Assembly (NCBI GenBank): GCA_965208575.1
Contig: CBDBOV010000003.1
Location: 160,001-224,000, forward strand
Length of the DNA: 64,000 bases
Direction: 5' to 3'
Source: Spirochaetia bacterium
GTDB taxonomy: Bacteria > Spirochaetota > Spirochaetia > SZUA-6 > Bin103
How positions within the stretch are numbered: position 1 is the stretch's first letter; every line of letters starts with the position of its first letter. A program made the translations under genes and the position numbers. The notes under the pieces were generated by a model. That model did not search any database. It saw nothing but the letters and a program-made list of their open reading frames with translations, and was not told the DNA's origin. Below are positions 29,282-38,821 of this stretch, piece by piece.

Positions 29282-30469
29282 ATGAATTCCGATGCACAGA
29301 TGAAGGGCGGGCCGCGTCCCGCGACCAGCGCCATCCACGCGGGTGAGCCGGCGGCACGACCGGGACAGCCGGTGGTGGCGCCGGTGGTGCGCAGTTCCAC
29401 CTTCCACACGCCGCCGCCCGGCCATGGTGGCACCTCGCGCTACAGCCGCTACGGCAACAATCCCAACCAGGAGTCGGTGGCCGCCAAGGTCGCCGCCCTG
29501 GAGGGCACCGAGGCGGCGGTGGCGCTGGCCAGCGGCATGGCGGCGACCGCCATGACCCTGCTGTCGGCGGCCGAGCAGGGCGACCACATCGTCGCCAGCC
29601 GCCACCTGTACGGCGACACCAGCGTCCTGCTGACCGACGAGCTGCCGCGGCGCGGCATCGCGACCACCTTTGTGGAGCCCTCCGACCCGGCGGCCTGGAG
29701 CGCCGCATTGCGGCCGCGCACCCGGGTGGTGCTGATCGAGCTGCCCACCAACCCGACGCTGAAGGTGTTCGACATCGAGCCGGCGCGGCGCGCGGCGGAT
29801 GAGGCGGGCGCGATCCTGGCCGCCGACGTGACCTTCGCGACGCCGATCAACCTGCGCGCCGCCGAGCACGGCGTGGACGCGGTGATCCACTCGGCCACCA
29901 AGTACCTGGGCGGCCACTCCGACCTGATCGCCGGCGCGGTGGCCGGCAGCCGCGAGCTGATCGCCGGGGTTGCGCGGATGATGAAGCTGTACGGCGCGTC
30001 AATCGACCCGGAGACCGCCTGGCTGCTGGAACGCGGCATCCGCACCCTGCCGGTCAGGATGGCGCAGCACAACCGGTCTGCCCTGGACCTCGCCGAGTGG
30101 TTCGGCGGCGTGACGGGCGTGCGGCAGGTGATCTACCCGGGCCTGACGAGCCACCCGGACCACGCCTGCGCTTCCCGGCTGCTGGACGGCTACGGCGGCA
30201 TGCTGGCGATCGTCCTCGACGGTGGTGGCGAGGCGGCCAACCGCTTCTGCGCCGCCCTGAAGCTGGCCGCCGTCGCTCCGTCGCTCGGCGGCGTGGAGAC
30301 CCTGGTCTCGCAGCCGCGCCTCACCTCGCACGTCGGCCTCAAGCCCGCCGAGCGCGCCGCCCTCGGCATCGACGACGGCATGCTGCGCATCTCCGTGGGC
30401 CTCGAAGACCCCGCCGACCTCAAAGCCGAATTCGCCGCCGGAGCTGCCGCCGCCCGCGCGGCCACCTGA
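29282..30469 (+). CDS. Cys/Met metabolism PLP enzyme (cystathionine gamma-synthase/lyase family)
   Basis: YSRYGNNP, ASGMAA, HSATKYLGGHSD, SLGGVETL. Confidence 0.93.
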   Translation: MNSDAQMKGGPRPATSAIHAGEPAARPGQPVVAPVVRSSTFHTPPPGHGGTSRYSRYGNNPNQESVAAKVAALEGTEAAVALASGMAATAMTLLSAAEQGDHIVASRHLYGDTSVLLTDELPRRGIATTFVEPSDPAAWSAALRPRTRVVLIELPTNPTLKVFDIEPARRAADEAGAILAADVTFATPINLRAAEHGVDAVIHSATKYLGGHSDLIAGAVAGSRELIAGVARMMKLYGASIDPETAWLLERGIRTLPVRMAQHNRSALDLAEWFGGVTGVRQVIYPGLTSHPDHACASRLLDGYGGMLAIVLDGGGEAANRFCAALKLAAVAPSLGGVETLVSQPRLTSHVGLKPAERAALGIDDGMLRISVGLEDPADLKAEFAAGAAAARAAT

Positions 30470-30613
30470 CTGCTGTGCACTCGGGGCTCATCGGGACGCG
30501 CGATGCGCCCGGTTGGCGCTGCGGCGCTTCGCCGGTGGATGATGAGCACCGATCACCATCCCCGGTCGTTCGCGGTTTCGATGTTGCTCCGTGCTTCGGT
30601 CCCGCCGGCCAGG

Positions 30614-31270
30614 TCAGATGCGGCGCTTGCCCACCTCGCCTCGACCCGCTCCCCAGGCGAGCACCGTCAGATTGGGCCAGTGGCGGGTCCATTGAGCTAC
30701 CTTGCGCCGGTAAATCTCGGGAGTGATCTGAACCCGGTTCGCGCGCACCACGAGCCCCAGGAGATCGTCGAGACCGAAGGGGGCGAAGACGCAGGGGCGG
30801 CCGTGCGCCAGCCGTACGCCGATCGCAGTCGCCGTCGTTGGCCAGGTAGCGATCGCGTCCTTGATCGACAGGTAGGGCATGATCTCGTAGCCGAACCGCT
30901 GCCCGTACCACAGGTGCACGCGTGCTTGGTTCTTGACGTCGACCGCTACCGGGAGGTCGGCCATCGCGTCGCGCACGTTCGCCGTCACCTCGTTCTCGCC
31001 CGCTTCGGTCAGATCGCCCGCGTCAAAGTAGACGACGTCGTAGTCGCTGATGTCCGCCGCCGGAGGCTTGTCATGGGCGGCATTCCACACGGTTTGCGCT
31101 ACGCACCCGGCGCCGAGGTAGCAATCCGGCAGGCCCAGATCCCCCAGCCGTTCCAGGCACTCCGACAGAACGGCGCTGCCTCGCAAGTGAACCAGCAGCC
31201 GGTCTGCCGCCGTGAGTTGTCCCGCGCTTACGCGATCGGTTCCCGGCTGCGCGTCGCCTGGATCGCTCAC
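30614..31270 (-). CDS. Nucleotidyltransferase family protein (NTP_transf_6/DUF925)
   Basis: YLGAGCVAQTVWN, DYDVVYFD, VKNQARVH, APFGLDDL. Confidence 0.88.
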   Translation of the reverse strand: MSDPGDAQPGTDRVSAGQLTAADRLLVHLRGSAVLSECLERLGDLGLPDCYLGAGCVAQTVWNAAHDKPPAADISDYDVVYFDAGDLTEAGENEVTANVRDAMADLPVAVDVKNQARVHLWYGQRFGYEIMPYLSIKDAIATWPTTATAIGVRLAHGRPCVFAPFGLDDLLGLVVRANRVQITPEIYRRKVAQWTRHWPNLTVLAWGAGRGEVGKRRI

Positions 31271-32475
31271 GCTGCTTGCGCCTGCCTTCTGATGAAGCGG
31301 CCCAGCAACGGCACGGCGAAGGAGTACCTGCCGTGGCGGTTCTTGTACACCAGGCCCTGGGCCGCCAGCGTGGCAAGCATCTGGTTGACGTGGCTGCTGC
31401 TGAACGGTTTGTCCAGGACGCGCTTGGATGCCTCGACCACTTCCTGGACGGTGAATTCGTCATGGCAGTTGTCGAGCTGTGCGATTGCCGAGAGCAGATC
31501 CCGTTGCCGGTCAGTCGCGCGCGCCCAGCGGCCCGCGAAGAAATCGGTATCGAGCTTCTGCTCGATCTCCGCGACAGGCACGCAGTCTTGTTCATTTCGG
31601 TCGATCCGTTGAATGAAGGCATCGTACACCTCGCGGCAGATGAACTGGATGAAATACGGGTATCCGCCGGACATGGTGACGATCGTGTCCACGGCCTCAT
31701 CGCCAAGCTGGAGCGGACAGTCGGAATCCGCCATGGGCCGGCGAATCGCATCCTCGCTTTCGTTGCTGTCCAGGCTCTGCAGGAACAGGACTCGGAACAT
31801 TCTCTCGGAGAAGGTTCTGGCCTCGACCAGCTTCGGGAACAGCGTTGGAAGGCCGGTCAGCACCAACATCAGCGGCAACCCCTTCCTCTGCAGAGACTGA
31901 AAGCAGTCCAGCAGCAACGACAGCGGATACTGCTCCTTGGTGGATTGATCGGACAGGTTCTGTGCTTCGTCGTAGGCAAAGATGATGCCCTGTATACGCG
32001 GCATCTGCGACAGGGCCTCCCAGGCAACCTCCAGAACGCCCTTGATCTTGTCCAGTGCCAGGCCCGGGATGCTGTGGTACAGATCCATGAGGGCGTCGAA
32101 CCCGAGCGTGTGCTGTACCTCCTGTGCACCGGCTTCGAAACCCACGTTACGCACTCTTTCGATCTCTACCACCACGCCGGACGTGGTGGGCGACAGGTCC
32201 GTGCACAGCCGGATGGCCATGTTGTCCTCGCTGACGCTGGTGGACTCCGAGAGGTCGGCGCCCACCCATACCCATCCGCGCTCAATCGCGAGCGGCCTGA
32301 ACGAGTCGAGGAGGACCGTCTTGCCCACGCCGCGAAGTCCTGTCAGCACCATGTTTTCCAGGATGGTGGTCTGCCCGAGCAGCCGTTGGAATTCCGCGCG
32401 TTCCGCTTGGCGTCCCGCCAGGTACGGGGGTGGATGACCCGCGCCAGGGCGAAACGGGTTGGTGAACTCGGCCAT
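31267..32475 (-). CDS. AAA+ ATPase with C-terminal winged helix
   Basis: NPFRPGAG..P..LAGR, Walker A GLRGVGKT, Walker B FAYDEAQ, SGGYPYFIQ, and a wHTH ending GLVYKNRHGRYSF. Confidence 0.92.
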   Translation of the reverse strand: MAEFTNPFRPGAGHPPPYLAGRQAERAEFQRLLGQTTILENMVLTGLRGVGKTVLLDSFRPLAIERGWVWVGADLSESTSVSEDNMAIRLCTDLSPTTSGVVVEIERVRNVGFEAGAQEVQHTLGFDALMDLYHSIPGLALDKIKGVLEVAWEALSQMPRIQGIIFAYDEAQNLSDQSTKEQYPLSLLLDCFQSLQRKGLPLMLVLTGLPTLFPKLVEARTFSERMFRVLFLQSLDSNESEDAIRRPMADSDCPLQLGDEAVDTIVTMSGGYPYFIQFICREVYDAFIQRIDRNEQDCVPVAEIEQKLDTDFFAGRWARATDRQRDLLSAIAQLDNCHDEFTVQEVVEASKRVLDKPFSSSHVNQMLATLAAQGLVYKNRHGRYSFAVPLLGRFIRRQAQAA

Positions 32476-32480
32476 ACCGG

Positions 32481-32537
32481 TATTTATCCCTCCGAATGAC
32501 GAGAGATAAATTAATAGATAAAGATAAAATTAGTCAA
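32481..32537 (-). promoter_or_regulatory. AT-rich promoter with TTTATC(T) repeats upstream of the AAA+ ATPase
   Basis: TTGACT (32537-32532). AGATAAA at 32504, 32516 and 32522, with an inverted TTTATC at 32483. Confidence 0.65.
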
Positions 32538-32638
32538 GAACGTAATCAGCTCTGAATATCTCGGCCCTTGCCGCAGCAGCAGCGGTAACCAAGCACCCGC
32601 CGGGTTGCAGCAGCCGGCGCAATGCCCTACGTTGCCGC

Positions 32639-33643
32639 ATGGCTTCCGTTCGCACCCTCCGGCCGCCCATCGATCGGCCCGTCGAGGCAGCGCGGGGTGC
32701 CGAGCCGCCGACGGCGGCCGAGTTCCCCGGCTGCAAGCCGGTCCGCCTGCCGCGGGAGGATCTCGAGGACTGCGAGATCAGATTCGAGTACTGGGACACC
32801 GTCTCCGAGACGGCCTGGATCTGCGATCCGGTCAGCTCTTACCACGAAGGCTCCACGCGCCTCTTGACGGGGCTGGTCAGGCTCATCGCCCAGGTACGCG
32901 GGGCGCCGGTGCAGTGCCTCGGCAGCACCGACCTCACCGAGCGCGACGCCCACGGCGAGCCGCGCCTGATCATGCAGGCAGACGAGTTGGTGTACCTGCA
33001 CCCTGAGCACGCCCGGCTGCCGCGGCCGGTGCTGACGGTCGGCGAGCACGACTTCCCGGACGTGGTGCTGGAGGTGGACCACTCCACCGACGCGCGGCGG
33101 CGCAAGCTGGGGCAGTATGAGGCGTGGGGGTTCCCGGAGGTGTGGATCGAGGTGCCGCAGGCGCGCGCGCCGAGCCGGCCGCGCAGCCGGCGCTCGGGGC
33201 TTACCATCCACCTGCTGGAGGACGGCGCGTATCGGGAGGCGGCGGCGAGCCGTGCGTTTCCCGGCTGGACGGCGGCGGAGATCCACGCGGCGCTGAACGA
33301 GGAGACGTTCTCGGCGCAGACCAGCGCGGTGCTGGAGCGGGTGGGAACGGTGCTCGGAGAACGGGAAGGCACCGGCCCGGACGACGACCCGTTGCTCGGC
33401 TCGCAACGTCGCCTGAGCGAGGCGAAGGGCCACGCGAAAGGCCGGGCGGAAGGCCGGGCGGAAGGCCGAGTGGAGGGGCGCGCCGCCCTGGCGCGGGCGC
33501 TACTGGCAGCGCGCGGCATCGAGGTCTCGGCCGCATTCCCCGGCGTACCCGGGTTCGCCGAGTTGCCCGACCACGCCATCGTCGCGGCCGCCAACGCCTG
33601 CGTCAGCGAAGCCGACTTCCACCAACGTCTGCGCAGCCGGTAG
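32639..33643 (+). CDS. Uma2-family PD-(D/E)XK endonuclease with GRAE-repeat tail
   Basis: MQADE, PDVVLEVD, YEAWGFPEVW, GRAEGRAEGRVEG. TTGCAG-17-TACGTT promoter. Confidence 0.88.
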   Translation: MASVRTLRPPIDRPVEAARGAEPPTAAEFPGCKPVRLPREDLEDCEIRFEYWDTVSETAWICDPVSSYHEGSTRLLTGLVRLIAQVRGAPVQCLGSTDLTERDAHGEPRLIMQADELVYLHPEHARLPRPVLTVGEHDFPDVVLEVDHSTDARRRKLGQYEAWGFPEVWIEVPQARAPSRPRSRRSGLTIHLLEDGAYREAAASRAFPGWTAAEIHAALNEETFSAQTSAVLERVGTVLGEREGTGPDDDPLLGSQRRLSEAKGHAKGRAEGRAEGRVEGRAALARALLAARGIEVSAAFPGVPGFAELPDHAIVAAANACVSEADFHQRLRSR

Positions 33644-33846
33644 AAGGGACTCGCGCTGCCCGACGTGGGACGAGTTGGGCGAGCGGCAGCGCGGCGGGCC
33701 GATTCCAGGTGGCGGACCGGCCGTACGGACGCAGCGCTTTCTCGATGACCGTGCTCCTTCCACGGCGCGGCGTGAGCGTGGACGCCCTCGCGGCATCCCT
33801 GAATGCAGCGCTCGCGCCGTGCCTTTCATGCACCGCGTGGACACGG

Positions 33847-34779
33847 TTACCGCCGCGCATCGGCGAGTGAGGCAGGCAGGGTGGGGCGGGTGGCGAGGGC
33901 GTCGTGGACGAGGCGTTCGACCATGGCGCGTTCTTCGCCGATCAGCGGCAGGCGCGGGGGGCGGACGCGTTCGCTGCCGAGGCCGGTGAGCTGCATGGTG
34001 AGCTTGATGTACTGCACCAGCTTGGGCCTGGTGTCGAGGTGCAGCAGCGGCATGAACCAGGAGCCGATGGCGCGCGCTTCCTGCCAGCGGCCGGCGGCGG
34101 CCAGCTCGAACAGGGCCACGCCCTCCTCCGGGAAGGCGTTGACCAGGCCGGCCACCCAGCCCACGGCGCCGAGCAGCACCGATTCCAGCACCACGTCGTC
34201 GACGCCGCAGAACAGCAGGTAGCGGTCGCCGGTCAGGTTGGCGATGTCGACCAGCCGGCGCGGATCTTCGGAGGATTCCTTGATCGCCGCGACGGTCGGT
34301 TCGGCCGCCAGCTCCACGAACATCTCCGGGGTCACGTCGACGCCGTAGGCGGGCGGGTTGTTGTAGATCATGATCGGCAGGTCGGTGGCGGCGGCAACCG
34401 TGCGGAAGTGGGTGAGGGTCTCGCGCGGGTCGCTCTTGTAGACCATGGCCGGCAGCACCATGAGCCCGGCGCAGCCGGCGGTCTGTGCCGCCTTGGCGTG
34501 GGCCGCCGCCTGCGCGGTGGTGTACTCCGATATGCCGGACAGCACCGGCACGCGGCCGTCCGCGGCGGCCACCGCCGTCTCCAGCACCAGCACCTTCTCT
34601 TCCGGACTCAGCGAAGTGTTCTCGCCGAGCGTGCCGAGCATGATCAGGCCGTGGCAGCCCGCCGCCAGCAGCCGCTGCAAGTGTGCCGCCGTGGCCTCGG
34701 GGTCGACGCTCAGGTCCTCCCGGAACTGGGTCATTGCCGCCGGGTAGACGCCGCTCCAGGCGGGCCGCAACGGAGTCAC
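33847..34779 (-). CDS. DapA-family protein, probable 1-pyrroline-4-hydroxy-2-carboxylate deaminase
   Basis: LGTLGEN, MVLPAMVY, IYNNP, IKESS, GVDD, VQYIKL. Confidence 0.85.
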   Translation of the reverse strand: MTPLRPAWSGVYPAAMTQFREDLSVDPEATAAHLQRLLAAGCHGLIMLGTLGENTSLSPEEKVLVLETAVAAADGRVPVLSGISEYTTAQAAAHAKAAQTAGCAGLMVLPAMVYKSDPRETLTHFRTVAAATDLPIMIYNNPPAYGVDVTPEMFVELAAEPTVAAIKESSEDPRRLVDIANLTGDRYLLFCGVDDVVLESVLLGAVGWVAGLVNAFPEEGVALFELAAAGRWQEARAIGSWFMPLLHLDTRPKLVQYIKLTMQLTGLGSERVRPPRLPLIGEERAMVERLVHDALATRPTLPASLADARR

Positions 34780-35027
34780 GACGCCTGCCCCGAGCGTTGC
34801 AAGCGGCCGGCGCTGCGCATGCGCCGGCGGCCACGGTGTCCGACCCCGCGCGGCGAGAGTGCGCCCGCAGTCGGACGCGCCGCCCGGTGGGCGCTTGCGA
34901 GGCGTCGCAGGCCACCGCCCGGCACGATCACGGTTGGCGCCACCGGCCCCGGCGAGAGCCGAACGAGCGTTGCTGCGCCCGGGCGGGCGGCATCGTGGAG
35001 ATACCTGTCGATCAAGGTGGTGTTCAT
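34776..35027 (-). CDS. 83-aa ORF coupled to both neighbours (hypothetical or remnant)
   Basis: AGGAG RBS. ATGA overlap with the upstream stop and GTGA overlap with the downstream start. Confidence 0.4.
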   Translation of the reverse strand: MNTTLIDRYLHDAARPGAATLVRLSPGPVAPTVIVPGGGLRRLASAHRAARPTAGALSPRGVGHRGRRRMRSAGRLQRSGQAS

Positions 35028-36127
35028 GCGATCTCCTGTACGGGTGTGCCGAGTATGTCGCGGTTCGGTTCGACGCCCAGGCCGGGCGCGGCCGGGGCGG
35101 CCATCGTGCCGTGTTCGCGGCGCGGCGCTCCGGCCGCCGTGCTCACCGTCACGTAGCTGTTGAAGTCGGTGGCGGCGAAGCGCAGCTCCGGCGGCGTGCT
35201 GTGCGCCAGGTGGGCGATGGCGGCGGTGATGATGTCGCCGCCCCAGCTGTCCTCGATGATCATCGGGATGCCCAGTGCCACGCACACGTCGCGGATCAGC
35301 CGCGCGCGGGTGAGGCCGCCGAACTTGCTGATCTTGACGTTGATGGCGTCCACGGCGCCGTCGGCGGCGGCGCGCTGCAGGGTGCGCAGGTCCTGCATCG
35401 TCTCGTCCAGGATGAACGGCAGCCCGGTGGCGCGGCGCACGATCAGGCACTCGTCGTAGCTCGCGCACGGCTGCTCGATGTACACCGGCAGGTCGCGGAC
35501 GGCGTGCGCCACCTGCAGCGCCTGGTGGCTGAGCCAGCCGGTGTTGGCATCGGCGATCAGCACGTCTCCGGGTTGCAGGGTTCCGGCCACGGCACGAACG
35601 CGCGCGACGTCTTCGTGCACCGGGCCGCCCACCTTGAGCTGGAAGCGGCGGTAGCCCTCGGCGCGGTAGCGGGCGACCGATTCGGCCATCTGCTCCGCCG
35701 TGCCTTGCGAGATGGCCCGGTACAGCGCGATGCTGTCGCCGAAGCGGCCGCCGAGCAGGGTGCACACCGGCTGTCCGCCCGCCTTGCCGAGCAGGTCCCA
35801 ACACGCCATGTCGAGGGCCGACTTCACGTAGGGATGGCCGGCCAGCGCCTGGTCCATGAGCCGGTTGATCACCGCCACCTGGCACGGGTCGGCACCCAGC
35901 AGCGCCGGCGCCACCTCGGCGATGCCGGCGCGGCAGCCGGCGGCATAGGCAGGCAGGTAGACCGGCCCGAGCGGACACGCTTCGCCCCAGCCGGACACGC
36001 CGGCGTCGGTGACCAGTTCCACGACGGTGGAGTCGAACACCGTCACCGACTTGCCGCCCGACCAGCGGTAGCTGCCCTCGCGCAGCGGCAGATCGACCTG
36101 GAACACGTTGACCCCGGTGATCCTCAC
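35024..36127 (-). CDS. cis-3-hydroxy-L-proline dehydratase-like enolase-superfamily enzyme
   Basis: VFQVDLPLREG.Y.WS..VFDSTVV, CPLG..YLP, FQLKVG, DANTGW, EDSWGGD. Confidence 0.85.
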   Translation of the reverse strand: MRITGVNVFQVDLPLREGSYRWSGGKSVTVFDSTVVELVTDAGVSGWGEACPLGPVYLPAYAAGCRAGIAEVAPALLGADPCQVAVINRLMDQALAGHPYVKSALDMACWDLLGKAGGQPVCTLLGGRFGDSIALYRAISQGTAEQMAESVARYRAEGYRRFQLKVGGPVHEDVARVRAVAGTLQPGDVLIADANTGWLSHQALQVAHAVRDLPVYIEQPCASYDECLIVRRATGLPFILDETMQDLRTLQRAAADGAVDAINVKISKFGGLTRARLIRDVCVALGIPMIIEDSWGGDIITAAIAHLAHSTPPELRFAATDFNSYVTVSTAAGAPRREHGTMAAPAAPGLGVEPNRDILGTPVQEIA

Positions 36128-36149
36128 GGCAGCTCGTTTGCGTCGGGCG

Positions 36150-38438
36150 CTAGCGGCCCGCGGCGTCGATCGCGTCCACCACCCGCGCCGCGGTCATCGG
36201 CAGCGTGGTGACGCGCGCGCCGCAGGCGTGGCGGATGGCGTTGGCGACCGCCGCGGCCGTGGCGATGACCGGTGGTTCGCCGGCGCCGCGGGCGCCGTAC
36301 GGCCCGTGATCTGACGGCACCTCCACCATCACCGCCTCCAGCTCGTGGGCCGACTGGGTGATGTTCGGAATCGCGTAATCCATCAGCGAGCCGGTAAGGA
36401 GCTGTCCGCCGTCGTCATACTCGACCGCTTCGTACAGTGCCCAGCCGAGGCCCTGCATGGCGCCGCCCATGAGCTGGCCGCCGGCGGTGAGCGGGTTGAT
36501 CGCCTTGCCCACGTCCTGCACCACCGCAAGGCGGTGCACCTGCACGGCGCCGGTCTCGTCGTCCACCTCCACCTCGGCGAGCTGAGCGCAGAACGCCGGC
36601 GAGCGCCCGCCCGGGGCGGTGCGGCCGTTGCCCTTCACCGGCGCGTACTGGCTGCCGAACTGCATGGTCTTGGCGGCGATCTCCGCCAGCGGCAGCGCGG
36701 GCGCCGGCACGCCCTTCACCCGTACCGCGCCGTCGACGATCTCCAGGTCCGCCTCGTCGGCCTCGAACTCGTTGGCGGCGATGCGCAGTGCCTGCTCGCG
36801 CGCGTCGCGTGCCGCGGCCGCCACCGCCGGGCCGACCGTGTACAGGATCTTGCTGCCGCCGCTGGCGCCCGAGTAGTAGCCCGGCTCGGTGTCGGCGCTG
36901 ACCACGCGCACCTGGTCCGGGTCGATGCCGAACACGTCGGCGGCGATCAGCGCGAAGCTGGTAGTGGTGCCGGTGAGGTCCACCGATCCGACGTGCACGT
37001 GCAGGGTGCCGTCGCGGTGCATGGTGCAGGCGGCGGTGGCACCCTCGATGCCACCCTGCCAGCCGCCGATCGCCACGCCCACGCCGCGTCCGGCCTCGTG
37101 CGCCGCCGCGCGGTCGCGCCAGATCGGATGCTGCCGGGCCCGCTTCAGTACCTGGTGCATGCCGATGTTGGGCCACGGCTGATCGTTGGCCATCGGCTCG
37201 CCGGGCCGGGAGGCGTTGCGCAGGCGCAGCTCGATCGGGTCGATGCCGAGTACGCGCGCCAGTTCGTCGAGCGTGCTCTCGAGCGCGAACGCGAGTTGCG
37301 GGTTGCCCGGTGCCCGGTAGGCGCCGGTGGAGGGCTTGTGGGTGAGCACGGCGACGCCGGAGAGGGCGAAGTTCGGGCATTGGTAGAGGCTGCCGGTGGT
37401 CGTGGCCGCACCCGAGTGCGTGGAACTGGGGAAGCAGCCGCTGTCGAACTTGTAGTCGGCGGCGATGGCGGTCAGCTTGCCGTCGGCGTCGGCGGCCAGC
37501 TTGAGCGTCGCGCGCGAGGCGGGTGCGGGAGTCGCCGCGAGCAGTTCCTCCTGCCGGGTCAGCACCAGCCGCAGCGGGGCGCCCACGGCGCGCGCGGCCA
37601 GGGCGACCAGCGGCTGGTACAGCATGAACTTGCCGCCGAAGCCGCCGCCCACCGGCATCGGCTTCACGTGCACGTCCGACTCGGCCATGCCGAGCACGTC
37701 CGCCACCTCCTTGCGCACCGCGAACTGCGCCTGCGTGCAACTCCACACCGTGACGCCGTCCACGCCCGTGTCGGGATCCACCTGAACGGCGTGCGGCTCC
37801 AGGTAGCTCTGGTGCACGATGGAGGTGCGGTAAGTGCGTTCGACCACCGCGTGCGCGGCCGCGAACGCCGCCTCCGGGTCGCCGCGCCGGAAGCTGACCG
37901 GGTTGGCCTGGTTGCTGCGCTGCGCTCCCTCCTGCTCACCGGCTACGTCGAGGCCATGGGCCGCCGCCTCCTCGTCCTCGCCCGGCATCCCCTCCGGCCA
38001 CACCAGCGGCGCGCCGTCGGCGATGGCGTCTTCCAGCGTGGCGACCGCCGGCAGCGCCGTGTAGGAGACCTCCACCGCGGGCGCCGCGTCCTCGGCGGCC
38101 GCCTCCGATTCGGCGACCACCAGCGCCACCGGCTGGCCCACGAACAGCACCCGCTCGCGCGCCAGCAGCAGGCGGGCGCGGCTGGTGGGCGCCAGGTCGG
38201 GCAGGTCGGCGGACGTGAGCACCCGTACCACGCCGGGCATCGCTTCCGCGGCGGTGGCGTCGACGCCGTCGACGCGCGCGTGCGGATAGGGACTGGTAAC
38301 GAAACGGGCGTGCAGTACGCCGGCCTGCGGCAGGTCCGCGGTGTAGCGCAACGCGCCGGTGACCCGTACTTTGCCGTCGATGAGCGGGTGCGGGCGGCCG
38401 ATCACGGAGCCGGTCGCGGGACTGGTAGCGGATGACAT
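36150..38438 (-). CDS. Xanthine dehydrogenase-family molybdopterin-binding (large) subunit
   Basis: KVRVTG..Y..D, VGGGFGGK, GAYRAPG, GKAINP, GARGAGEP. Confidence 0.93.
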   Translation of the reverse strand: MSSATSPATGSVIGRPHPLIDGKVRVTGALRYTADLPQAGVLHARFVTSPYPHARVDGVDATAAEAMPGVVRVLTSADLPDLAPTSRARLLLARERVLFVGQPVALVVAESEAAAEDAAPAVEVSYTALPAVATLEDAIADGAPLVWPEGMPGEDEEAAAHGLDVAGEQEGAQRSNQANPVSFRRGDPEAAFAAAHAVVERTYRTSIVHQSYLEPHAVQVDPDTGVDGVTVWSCTQAQFAVRKEVADVLGMAESDVHVKPMPVGGGFGGKFMLYQPLVALAARAVGAPLRLVLTRQEELLAATPAPASRATLKLAADADGKLTAIAADYKFDSGCFPSSTHSGAATTTGSLYQCPNFALSGVAVLTHKPSTGAYRAPGNPQLAFALESTLDELARVLGIDPIELRLRNASRPGEPMANDQPWPNIGMHQVLKRARQHPIWRDRAAAHEAGRGVGVAIGGWQGGIEGATAACTMHRDGTLHVHVGSVDLTGTTTSFALIAADVFGIDPDQVRVVSADTEPGYYSGASGGSKILYTVGPAVAAAARDAREQALRIAANEFEADEADLEIVDGAVRVKGVPAPALPLAEIAAKTMQFGSQYAPVKGNGRTAPGGRSPAFCAQLAEVEVDDETGAVQVHRLAVVQDVGKAINPLTAGGQLMGGAMQGLGWALYEAVEYDDGGQLLTGSLMDYAIPNITQSAHELEAVMVEVPSDHGPYGARGAGEPPVIATAAAVANAIRHACGARVTTLPMTAARVVDAIDAAGR

Positions 38439-38821
38439 CTCTGCCGCGCAGCATAGCGCGTTTCCCGCGTCAGCCTCCAGGAGGCGGCCCAGCGGGTCCA
38501 GCGGGCGCGATTGCCGCAAGCGGCACCGAGCGTTGCCACGATGGCACGGCTACCTTACCGGCTCGATGACTCGCCGTGAGTTGTCCGATCCGCGGTCCGC
38601 CGCGCCCGGCATCGGCCGCACGGCGGCGCGCGGATGTCCGGCTCGGTATCCCCTCGCGGCGCCCGCCGGTGTACACTCGCCGCGAACGGCGCCGCCGCCC
38701 CGGCCGGAAACCGGCACCGGCAACGGCAACGGCTCAAGGAGACTCTTCATGCCTACCGCTCGCGGATGTCGGCGCCCACGGGATGCCGGCGGCGGAGTGT
38801 GGGACGCGGCGTAGTGGCCGG

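Noticed and set aside
33380-33643. Internal antitoxin start in the Uma2 gene, as in Rpn
   Set aside because: The GRAE tail is similar, but no in-frame ATG with an RBS precedes it.
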